DNA from: a virus
Virus record (IMG/VR): IMGVR_UViG_3300020123_000246
Length of the DNA: 53,936 nucleotides
Strand: one strand, 5' to 3'
This document shows positions 17,371 to 24,922 of the stretch, piece by piece. Position 1 is the first letter of the stretch. Each line of letters starts with the position of its first letter. The notes beneath the pieces are model-generated. The model was not told where the DNA came from. It made no database searches and was given only the letters and a program-made list of their open reading frames with translations. The position numbers and the translations under genes are program-made.

Positions 17371-17794
17371 AATCCACATTTTGACGGATACTCAGGGCAA
17401 AAACGAGCACGTCTGTTTTTGGTGCCCTAACTGCAAAAGCCCGCACGCTATTCCCATCAGTCGGACTAAACCCATTCCTCCGAGCCACTGGTTTTTTGAC
17501 GGCAACCTCGAGCAACCAACGATCGAGCCTTCGCTCCGAGTGTTCAAGGGCGACGGTAAGACTACCGCCTGCCATCTCGTCATGACCAAAGGCCTGATCA
17601 ATTTTTGCACTGATACGCCGGGCCAGCTTTCCGGGGTTACCGTCCCGGTACCAGAATGGGATCGCGAGCAGTTTTGGGGTGAAGATGAAGCGCCTGCAGC
17701 TCCCCAACAAACGAATGTCCCGCCTCCCCCTCCAGCACCGCCGGCGCCTCCGCGAGTCCGAAAAACAGTTGTTACCCATGGAATTCCTACGTGA
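17360..17794 (+). CDS. Zn-binding conserved phage protein (DUF6527-like) with Pro-rich tail
   Basis: CFWCPNC...HWFFDGNLEQPTIEPSL...CHLVMTKGLINFCTD; C-terminal PPPPPAPPAPPRVRKTVVTHGIPT. Confidence 0.5.
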   Translation: MKAKIHILTDTQGKNEHVCFWCPNCKSPHAIPISRTKPIPPSHWFFDGNLEQPTIEPSLRVFKGDGKTTACHLVMTKGLINFCTDTPGQLSGVTVPVPEWDREQFWGEDEAPAAPQQTNVPPPPPAPPAPPRVRKTVVTHGIPT

Positions 17795-18018
17795 TGGATC
17801 CTATTGAACCCTATAAGTCGTTACCTGCAGCAACTGCCCCGCAAGATCCAGTCGCTCGCTCAGTCGCTCGAGAAAGCGCGTTCACCAAACCCGGTACCAC
17901 CAGCAAAGGCAAGGGATGGGCGCCAGCCAAAGGTGTGCGCTTCCGCCCCACCAACGAAAAGGCCAAAGTCCGAAAGCGAAAACTGAAACCGGACCCGCGG
18001 CGCGTGCAATTTTACTGA
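17791..18018 (+). CDS. Small basic protein (75 aa, GTG start)
   Basis: ORF track; GTGA overlap; K/R-rich. Confidence 0.5.
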   Translation: MMDPIEPYKSLPAATAPQDPVARSVARESAFTKPGTTSKGKGWAPAKGVRFRPTNEKAKVRKRKLKPDPRRVQFY

Positions 18019-18019
18019 C

Positions 18020-18271
18020 ATGAACTCTAACGAGAAGCTGCAGAATAAAGAGAAGCACAAGGCTTGGGTCGACTCGGTTGGAGAGCACGCCTGCGACATT
18101 GCCTTGCTGCAGCTTGTCAACGAGTACGGCGATATCGGCGATGATTCTACCTCTACCCAGGTGCACAACCAGATCATCGGCGCCAAGCGCTTGATCCGGA
18201 TCCTCCTGGCTATCCATTTGCCTCCGAAACCGCCTGAACCGACACACTTCAAAAAATTAAATCCAGTATAA
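18020..18271 (+). CDS. Hypothetical protein (83 aa)
   Basis: ORF track; in-operon. Confidence 0.5.
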   Translation: MNSNEKLQNKEKHKAWVDSVGEHACDIALLQLVNEYGDIGDDSTSTQVHNQIIGAKRLIRILLAIHLPPKPPEPTHFKKLNPV

Positions 18272-18277
18272 CCACTT

Positions 18278-19609
18278 ATGGCAGCAGCAGCATCTCCCCC
18301 GGCTGCAGCACCGGCCTCCCCGGCCGCTCCTGCAGTAGCACCAGCACCAGCAACACCAGCAACTCACGTCCAACCGCCGGGCGAACAGCCAGAGTCAGCC
18401 TGGCTCTCCGAAGTAGGCGCGGACATTGAGGAATTCGATCGGACTGGAAATCAGCCTCAGAATCGACCGCGGCAAGGTGCGGCCCCCAAGCCCGCGGCGC
18501 CGCCCCCTGATGACGATCTCGAGGTACCAGCGCCGCCAGAAAAGCCAGCCGCGGCCGCCAGGCCAGGTGAACAGCCGGTACCGCCGGCCGCCGAGGACGA
18601 AACCCGTTTGCCGGCGCCGCAACTGCGCAAGGCTCATGCCGAGCTCAAGAAAAAGGTCAACACCGAGTATGAGCCAGAGCTCCAACGCTTGCGCGCTCAG
18701 GTAAAGCAGCTCGAGGAGCGGCCGGCGGCTGAACCGGAAGAAACCAAAACCCGGCTTACTGAACTGCAGAAGCGGGTCGAGGAGCAAGAAGCGCACATAC
18801 GCTTTGTCGACTACCAGAACAGCGAGGACTATCTCAAAAACTACTGGCAACCGTATCAGGATGCCTGGAACGAAGCGCTTTCAGACCTGAACGAGCTCGA
18901 GGTCGAAAACCGGTTCGGTACCCGGCGGCCCGCCACCCAGGCCGATATTAACCATCTCGCCAGCCTCAAACTTGGCGAGCGGCGCAATGCGGCCAACGCG
19001 ATGTTTGGTGACTCGGCCGATGACGTCATGGCCCATGTTCGAAAGATCCTCGACCTCTCACAAAAACAGTCGAAAGCTCTGGCGGATAACAAAGCCAACA
19101 GCGCAAAACTGGCTCAGGAACGCCAGAATCAAGCGCTCGATCAGAACAAGCAGCGGATCGCTACCTGGGAAAGGCAGAATTCCAGCTTGGCTACCAAGTA
19201 TCCCGACTGGTTCGCGAAAAACGCTCAGGACCCAACGGGCAGCACGCTCCTCGACAAAGGTTTCCTTCTGGCCGATCTGCTTTTTGGCGAGGTCAAAGAG
19301 CCGCAATGGGGTTTGCTCCCAAAATCCTTCCAAGATGACCTCCGCGCCAATGGTGGGAAGCTCTCACCGGAAGGGCGGATCCGTTTGCATGCGGTTTTGA
19401 GGAATAAGGCGGCCGCGTTCGACCGGATTGCCTACCAACTCAAAGAGGTAAAGGCTGAGCTCGCCGAGGCTAAGAAAGCCCTGTCTGAATATGAGGACTC
19501 AGAGCCACCGGTTGGGGGCAGCGCTCCTCGCCGGGCTGGTGCGCCGGCGGTTGGCTCTGTCGATGAGGCAAACGCCGAGCTCGAGGCGCTCGACCGGGTA
19601 GGCCGATAA
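18278..19609 (+). CDS. Putative scaffolding protein (443 aa)
   Basis: Ala/Pro-rich N-terminus then long charged coiled-coil-like sequence; lies between portal and capsid genes. Confidence 0.55.
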   Translation: MAAAASPPAAAPASPAAPAVAPAPATPATHVQPPGEQPESAWLSEVGADIEEFDRTGNQPQNRPRQGAAPKPAAPPPDDDLEVPAPPEKPAAAARPGEQPVPPAAEDETRLPAPQLRKAHAELKKKVNTEYEPELQRLRAQVKQLEERPAAEPEETKTRLTELQKRVEEQEAHIRFVDYQNSEDYLKNYWQPYQDAWNEALSDLNELEVENRFGTRRPATQADINHLASLKLGERRNAANAMFGDSADDVMAHVRKILDLSQKQSKALADNKANSAKLAQERQNQALDQNKQRIATWERQNSSLATKYPDWFAKNAQDPTGSTLLDKGFLLADLLFGEVKEPQWGLLPKSFQDDLRANGGKLSPEGRIRLHAVLRNKAAAFDRIAYQLKEVKAELAEAKKALSEYEDSEPPVGGSAPRRAGAPAVGSVDEANAELEALDRVGR

Positions 19610-19947
19610 TGGGCCAGGCCAAAAACAGAGGGAGTTTCGAGCAACGGGCTGAGCAAGCCGAGCTTCGCAACCGATTGCTCAAGAAACAGATTTTGAGCGG
19701 CGATAACCAGCGGCTCAAAAACGCGGTGAACATGCACGGCATTCAGCGGGTAGCGTGCTCAATGATAGCAACCAGAACCATCCATGAAGTCTATTCAACC
19801 AAAGAAAATGAAGATCAGCCGTCCTTATTGGACAGCCAAGCTCAGCCGATCGGGCAACCAGATCATAATCAACGTCGAGCGAACAGTTCATCACAGCGAC
19901 AAAGCCTTGTCCTTAGACCGGGTGGCCTTTTCGTTCCCCGTAAATAG
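19609..19947 (+). CDS. Hypothetical protein (112 aa); 3' half doubtful
   Basis: TAATG junction with scaffold gene; overlaps 19784..19981 by 164 nt; the second half looks low-complexity. Confidence 0.35.
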   Translation: MGQAKNRGSFEQRAEQAELRNRLLKKQILSGDNQRLKNAVNMHGIQRVACSMIATRTIHEVYSTKENEDQPSLLDSQAQPIGQPDHNQRRANSSSQRQSLVLRPGGLFVPRK

Positions 19948-19981
19948 GCGCGTGTTCCGTCAACCCCTCAAAATCCGATGA
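19784..19981 (+). CDS. Hypothetical protein (65 aa)
   Basis: Ends in an ATGA overlap with the GroES-like gene, consistent with the coupling style of this operon. Confidence 0.4.
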   Translation: MKSIQPKKMKISRPYWTAKLSRSGNQIIINVERTVHHSDKALSLDRVAFSFPVNRRVFRQPLKIR

Positions 19982-20313
19982 TTCGTCCATTCAAGGGCAA
20001 GGTACTGCTTTTTATCTACCCCTATGAGGACACCAGCGCCGGCGGCATCTTCATCCCTGAGGACGCTCGAGGCGGATCAGTTTTGGAAAAATCCAAGCCT
20101 CGGAGGGCCCGCGTGATGGCTGTAGGAGAATGGAAAACCATTCAAAAAGACGGCAAAACATTTCACATTTTGCCCGATTTCAAGCAGGGGGATCTTGTAA
20201 TAGTCAGCGATTACGCAGGCACCAAAATGAGCCGCGGAGTGGATGAAAACCTACGGCTGTGCGGTATCGATGACGTGCTTGCAATCCTCAAGGAAGAGCC
20301 CAATACTGCCTGA
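19978..20313 (+). CDS. groES: Co-chaperonin GroES (Cpn10) homologue
   Basis: MIRPFKGKVLL...TSAGGIFIP...ARVMAVG...FKQGDLVIVSDYAGTK...IDDVLAIL aligns with the bacterial GroES pattern IRPL..RV...SAGGI...G.V.AVG...V.GD.V...DILA. Confidence 0.85.
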   Translation: MIRPFKGKVLLFIYPYEDTSAGGIFIPEDARGGSVLEKSKPRRARVMAVGEWKTIQKDGKTFHILPDFKQGDLVIVSDYAGTKMSRGVDENLRLCGIDDVLAILKEEPNTA

Positions 20314-20335
20314 GTCGATTAGGGAATTGAGGTCA

Positions 20336-20371
20336 CCGCTCTCTGGTTCTACGGCCGGGGAGCGGTTTTTT
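20336..20371 (+). terminator. Rho-independent terminator after groES-like gene
   Basis: 11-bp stem CCGCTCTCTGG/CCGGGGAGCGG (with G-U pairs), 8-nt loop, then TTTTTT. Confidence 0.8.
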
Positions 20372-20573
20372 GCTCTTGACGGATGCCGTCTAACTGTGCG
20401 AAAGCAGCATTGACCGTAAGCAGCCCCGTCAACTGCACGCGCCGCGTTAGGCTACTGGCGCGCTAATCAGAGTAGCCATTCAGAGCCTCGCCAGCTTCAT
20501 CGGGTTGTAAGGACCCCGGAACGTCCCAGTACAAAACCGCTCTGCTTCGGCAGGGAAAAACGATGAAGATTTT

Positions 20574-22139
20574 ATGGCTCTTTCTTGCAGGCAGTTTACA
20601 GATTTTCTGAGTCGCCGGACTGAGCATCTGGACGATTACATCATTCGCTCACTTCACCCCGTCGACACATGGGTAGGCCATGTGGGCATCGGCCGCTTCA
20701 AAGCCGAGGACGGTGTTGAACATACTTTCGACCGGTTCGAAAACGTGTTCCCTGACCTCCGCGGTGCCTGGGAAGATGTTACGGCCGGCTCCTGTGTTGG
20801 TCAGCCTTGCGATCCTTCGGTCACAAAAATTGGCCTGGGCTTCACGCGGGACAGCTACAAGCTGCAGCGCAAGTCGTATGAAACGGACCTGTTCTGTTTC
20901 GACCAAATTCTTTCGGCCGATCGCGCCAAGCAGCAGTTTGCGCACGTCATTCGCACGCTGCGCCGAGCTTCCTCGCTGATTACCTCCCACCGCTTCCGGA
21001 CCGAGGGTTTGCGTATCGCCAAATATAAGTGGGCATGTGCCAACAACGGCCTGCAGGCGATTACCGCCACCTGGGACCCGACGATGACGTTCCTTTCGGT
21101 TTCCGCGCTCCCAACCTCGAAGATTGGCGCTCGCCACCTGCAGCGGCGCGTCCAGCCGCAGATCCGCGAAGGCGCTCTCGGCGAGGATATCAACCGCGGC
21201 ACTCAGCCCATGCTCGAGTTTGTGACGGATATGGATGAGGTCTGGAATATGGTCGAAGGCAATCCCGAGCTGACTGACCACTGGCGTTTTCGTGACTTCG
21301 CCGATGCGGAGAAGTACCACAAATACGGATGGGTGGGCCAACTCGGCAATTATGGCCTCCGTGCCGATTGGACCGCGCTCCGGTTCAACGTCCTGGGGCC
21401 CGATCCGGCCGTGCCGGGCAACACGCTCCTGCAGCTTGTGTTCCCCTACACCAACGTCAGCGCTACCGAGGGTTTGAAGGAATCCGTAAACTCGGACTTC
21501 GACAATGCCCGGGTGCAGCTCAACTTCATCTGGCACCGCAAAGCGATGACCTCGCTGGTTCGCGATACGACCGCCATCAATCCGGAAATGCCTTTCGCGA
21601 TGCGCGATTTTGCCGGGAAATGGCAGTTTGTGATGGACAACATCACTTGCGGCCAGGACGTAAACGGCAATCCGATCGCCGTCGACAACACCCGCCGGAA
21701 CAAGGGCAAATTCATTGCCGATTGGGCGTACGCCACCCAGGCCGAGTATCCCGAATTGGCCGAGGCCTTCTTCGCTCTACGTGAGCCGGCCTGCATCGTG
21801 GATATCCCGCCCTGTGCGAACGATCCGGGGTACCCGCTGCAGAATTACGCAAGCGCCAATGCGCTTTGCCCGTCAAACGTGGTGGTCCTCACCTTCACGC
21901 CTGTTCTCGATGTTGTGACCAACACGTATGAGGTTGCGCGCGACTCGATCACCTGTAACGGGCTCAACGTGCTCAACTCGCCGATCACTGGCACCAGCAC
22001 CCTTGCGGCGCTGGTAGCTCAGCTCAACTCGACCTCCGGTACCTCCGCTATGGGTACCTGGGCAGTTGCATCCGGCACAACGATCACGTTGACCGGAAGT
22101 GTCTGTCAGACAGTGGCAATCCCCTGGCTGATTGACTGA
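20574..22139 (+). CDS. Putative major capsid protein (521 aa) with Ser/Thr-rich C-terminal extension
   Basis: Position after scaffold/GroES, preceded by a 200-nt leader and followed by a hairpin terminator; no motif-level proof. Confidence 0.6.
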   Translation: MALSCRQFTDFLSRRTEHLDDYIIRSLHPVDTWVGHVGIGRFKAEDGVEHTFDRFENVFPDLRGAWEDVTAGSCVGQPCDPSVTKIGLGFTRDSYKLQRKSYETDLFCFDQILSADRAKQQFAHVIRTLRRASSLITSHRFRTEGLRIAKYKWACANNGLQAITATWDPTMTFLSVSALPTSKIGARHLQRRVQPQIREGALGEDINRGTQPMLEFVTDMDEVWNMVEGNPELTDHWRFRDFADAEKYHKYGWVGQLGNYGLRADWTALRFNVLGPDPAVPGNTLLQLVFPYTNVSATEGLKESVNSDFDNARVQLNFIWHRKAMTSLVRDTTAINPEMPFAMRDFAGKWQFVMDNITCGQDVNGNPIAVDNTRRNKGKFIADWAYATQAEYPELAEAFFALREPACIVDIPPCANDPGYPLQNYASANALCPSNVVVLTFTPVLDVVTNTYEVARDSITCNGLNVLNSPITGTSTLAALVAQLNSTSGTSAMGTWAVASGTTITLTGSVCQTVAIPWLID

Positions 22140-22155
22140 TGGTGGTTACTGGTAG

Positions 22156-22190
22156 GCGGCGCCTGGCGGGGTAGCTGGGCGCCGCTCTTT
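22156..22190 (+). terminator. GC hairpin/partial terminator after capsid gene
   Basis: GCGGCGCC ... GGCGCCGC 8-bp stem followed by TCTTT. Confidence 0.5.
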
Positions 22191-22201
22191 GGCCGAACAT
22201 T

Positions 22202-22528
22202 ATGAAAACCTATCCAGACGCCACCGAAACGGAGATGGATGAACTCTATGCTCCGAAAGAAGGCAAGCAGCCGCCCAAAACGGTTGACGAGCAGGAGGCC
22301 GGCGAGATGGAAACTAGCGCCGTTGTCCCGCTCAAACTCGTAACCCCCCAGGACGGAAAAGGGGTTAAGGTTGGCGATGAGATTATGGTCAAAGTCACCG
22401 CCATTAACGGGGATCAAGCCACTATCGCGTATGCGAAGGGCAAAGGTCCCGAGGGTCAGGGCTCTACCCCTGGCGAGGAAGTGAGCCCCGATCAGGAGCT
22501 CGATTCCATAGACAGTTCAAATTATTGA
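22202..22528 (+). CDS. Acidic hypothetical protein (108 aa), possible head decoration
   Basis: ORF track; immediately downstream of the capsid gene. Confidence 0.5.
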   Translation: MKTYPDATETEMDELYAPKEGKQPPKTVDEQEAGEMETSAVVPLKLVTPQDGKGVKVGDEIMVKVTAINGDQATIAYAKGKGPEGQGSTPGEEVSPDQELDSIDSSNY

Positions 22529-22531
22529 TTT

Positions 22532-22924
22532 ATGGCCGTTGCTACCATTGCCGCGGCAAAGTGCGACTTAAACACTTTGCTGAAAAGCTCACCTTGTTTT
22601 AACTGTTTGTCCGAACTCGAAAGCCAGGCAGTACTTGTGTACCTGCTCAGCCTGACGGTTTCCGCCCTTTCTGGTAATGCCGTGCAAACGCCGGCAGTGC
22701 TCAGAGCCATAACCGCTTGCATTAACTGCAGCCGTCCAGCAACCGTGTGCGACAACATGGATCTGGTTGTTGCGATGCAGGGAGCTCAAAACGCGGGCTC
22801 GGCTCTGGCAAGCGCCAGCACGGCCGCGCTTAAGAAAGCCGCAAACCCTTTCCGCAACATGAGCCTCCAAGAGTTGCGCTCAATCGAGATTCTCCTCCGC
22901 TGCCAGTTGAACCAGTGGATCTAA
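22532..22924 (+). CDS. Cys-motif module protein (three degenerate modules, 130 aa)
   Basis: AAKCDLNTLLKSSPCFNCLSELESQAVLVYLLSL; AVLRAITACINC...; ALKKAANPFRNMSLQELRSIEILLRCQL. Confidence 0.6.
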   Translation: MAVATIAAAKCDLNTLLKSSPCFNCLSELESQAVLVYLLSLTVSALSGNAVQTPAVLRAITACINCSRPATVCDNMDLVVAMQGAQNAGSALASASTAALKKAANPFRNMSLQELRSIEILLRCQLNQWI

Positions 22925-22927
22925 CCG

Positions 22928-23158
22928 ATGGCTGTTTCTTGCGCACCGGCGGATTTAGTTAAGGCTGCAGCCTGTTTCGAGTGCATTCCCGAATCTATGC
23001 AGAAGGCCGTTGAACTGTACCTCCTCGCAGTCATCGCCGGCGGCAGTCTGGACCCGGCAACGCTAGTGAAGGCCGCCAAGTGCTTCAAAACGTGCATCCC
23101 GAGAGAGATGCGCGATGCCGTCGAGGAGTATTTGTTGTGCCAAATTGTGAATAAGTGA
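22928..23158 (+). CDS. Cys-motif module protein (two modules, 76 aa)
   Basis: SCAPADLVKAAACFECIPESMQKAVELYLL and DPATLVKAAKCFKTCIPREMRDAVEEYLLCQ. Confidence 0.6.
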   Translation: MAVSCAPADLVKAAACFECIPESMQKAVELYLLAVIAGGSLDPATLVKAAKCFKTCIPREMRDAVEEYLLCQIVNK

Positions 23159-23161
23159 TGG

Positions 23162-23662
23162 TTAACTAGGTCTTTTCCATACCTTGAAATGTCGCACTCT
23201 ACTGATGACGGATTGGTTAACACCAAACCGACTAGCGAGAGCGCTCTGAACAAGCGAAGAGGATCTGATTTCCTTAATAGCCGCCCAATCCAACTTGTGG
23301 TTGGGCTTACTCTCACCTGCGCAACTCTGCTCTTTTATTCGCCTGTCTCGACCGTTTTCAACTTGTCCACCCAAGTACAAATGGGCAGGGTGCACACAAA
23401 GTTTGTTATCCTTGGCGGGGCAGTCATGCAGCACAAAACTACCCTCGGGAATTGGGCCATAATTCAAAATCCAAGAAGCGACGTGCGCCCTAACTGCTCG
23501 TTTCGGCTGAGTTCCGCAAACAATGCTGCCGTAACCAGAGCCGTCAATACCCGCCGTCCAGAGCCAGCATGTTTCAGTTTTACGAACCTTTTCCCAAAAG
23601 CGTTGCGGGAAGGTTGGCGAAAGGCCTTGCGAGGCCAAATACTCGGGAGTAATCTCGATCAT
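23162..23662 (-). CDS. HNH homing endonuclease (HNH_3 type) with C-terminal HTH
   Basis: CWLWTAG.DGSGYG...RAHVASWILNYGPIPEG.FVLHDC...NKLCVHPAHLYLG...EN; C-terminal LASRFGVNQSVISRVR; the only antisense gene in the structural operon. Confidence 0.85.
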   Translation of the reverse strand: MIEITPEYLASQGLSPTFPQRFWEKVRKTETCWLWTAGIDGSGYGSIVCGTQPKRAVRAHVASWILNYGPIPEGSFVLHDCPAKDNKLCVHPAHLYLGGQVENGRDRRIKEQSCAGESKPNHKLDWAAIKEIRSSSLVQSALASRFGVNQSVISRVRHFKVWKRPS

Positions 23663-23719
23663 CGTCAGTTGTTGCCTCGTTGGGTTTACAGGACCCGCGA
23701 GGCTCTTTCATTTTAGCTA

Positions 23720-24922
23720 ATGGCTATTTCGTGTCAACCTGCCGATCTGGTCAAAGCAGCTAAATGCTTCCCTTGCGTGCCAAAGAGCGCGCGCCGATGG
23801 GTTAAGTCTTACCTGCTCTGCCAGCTTTCCGTTAAACCGGGTGGAGTTTTAGGGATGGTTGCCCCCACCGGTTTCCAATTCACTCTGATTACCGGGCCTT
23901 CCGCCCAGGCCTCTTGGAACACGCCGCCAGGCAGTGTTACCGCTACCGAAGTCTGGACAAGCACAGACGGGATCACTTACGCACTGGCCGCGACAGTCGC
24001 CGCGCCAGGAACCACATCGACCTTAACAGCGCCTGCAGTTGGAACGGTCCTTTTTGCGCAAGCCCGATGGGTTTATGGAAGTAACGGCCCCGGACCATTC
24101 TGCAGCCCGGGCGAGACTTTCGGGAACGTCACTGATTGGGCCAACCGAGTAGTCGCAAACGGATCCGGGGTGGTCACAACTCAAACAATCAGCGCCATGA
24201 ATACGTTTTATGGTGCTCTGAATTCAGTTGGGACTTTAATCGCCAAAATCAAATCGATGGTTTGTATGACTCCGGCCAGCATTGTCGAAGCGTGCACGCC
24301 ACTGATTAAAACCTTTGGAAACGACCCTTGGTCGAGAATTGCGGGGCTCAATTACGAAATCACTGTCAACGGACTCAGAGCCACCGCGGTAAACGGAGCG
24401 CTCGACACAGGAGTAATACCGAGCGCCTGCTTTGCGAGCACGGCAACCGGTGGGTTGACTGCTTACGTTTTCACTTCGACTAACAACGACGGCGTAGCGG
24501 TAGATATGGGCTCCAATAACAGCAACGCTCAAACCTGCCAGCTATACACCAATTTCAGCGGAGCTCCAGGCAGTGCTTTTGGCCAAATTTATAATAACTC
24601 TACCGGCAGCGTTACTGGCACTGCGCATGGAGCTGGCTTTTGGTGTACCAATGTCAATGCGGGACCGACCTCACAGATTTACTACGGTTCTTCGAGCACT
24701 GGTTTTACTACCGCCGGCTCTTTGGGCTCAGGCGGTGGTACCCGGCCGACATTCAGTATGTTCGCCATGGGCTTGAGTGCCAGCGGCGCGACCGCCGGCA
24801 CCACGCAAGTTAGGCGTTACTCTTTCTTTGCGATTCACGATGGCCTGACCCAGGCAGAGGCCCAGGCGCTCTACAACGCCGTTCAAGCGCTCAGAACAGC
24901 CCTGGGGGGTGGGTTTATTTGA
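23720..24922 (+). CDS. Receptor-binding/fibre-like protein 1 (N-terminal Cys module, LamG-like C-terminal end)
   Basis: MAISCQPADLVKAAKCFPCVPKSARRWVKSYLLCQ; G/S/T/A/N-rich body; C-terminus RRYSFFAIHDGLTQAEAQALYNAVQALRTALGGGFI resembles the end of LamG/ConA-like domains. Confidence 0.5.
   Translation: MAISCQPADLVKAAKCFPCVPKSARRWVKSYLLCQLSVKPGGVLGMVAPTGFQFTLITGPSAQASWNTPPGSVTATEVWTSTDGITYALAATVAAPGTTSTLTAPAVGTVLFAQARWVYGSNGPGPFCSPGETFGNVTDWANRVVANGSGVVTTQTISAMNTFYGALNSVGTLIAKIKSMVCMTPASIVEACTPLIKTFGNDPWSRIAGLNYEITVNGLRATAVNGALDTGVIPSACFASTATGGLTAYVFTSTNNDGVAVDMGSNNSNAQTCQLYTNFSGAPGSAFGQIYNNSTGSVTGTAHGAGFWCTNVNAGPTSQIYYGSSSTGFTTAGSLGSGGGTRPTFSMFAMGLSASGATAGTTQVRRYSFFAIHDGLTQAEAQALYNAVQALRTALGGGFI

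Noticed and set aside
20649-21536. 295-aa minus-strand ORF inside the capsid gene
   Set aside because: This is an antisense shadow ORF. The same applies to 12349-13140 (C-methyltransferase), 37382-38455 (giant gene) and 5427-6005.
22532-23158. Cys-module proteins as multi-core RiPP (graspetide-like) precursors for the ATP-grasp enzyme
   Set aside because: The ATP-grasp gene is 5 kb away and of PurD-like rather than RimK/graspetide-ligase size and layout. The same module also heads two 320-400-aa fibre-like proteins, which favours a structural docking role. It is retained only as a remote possibility.
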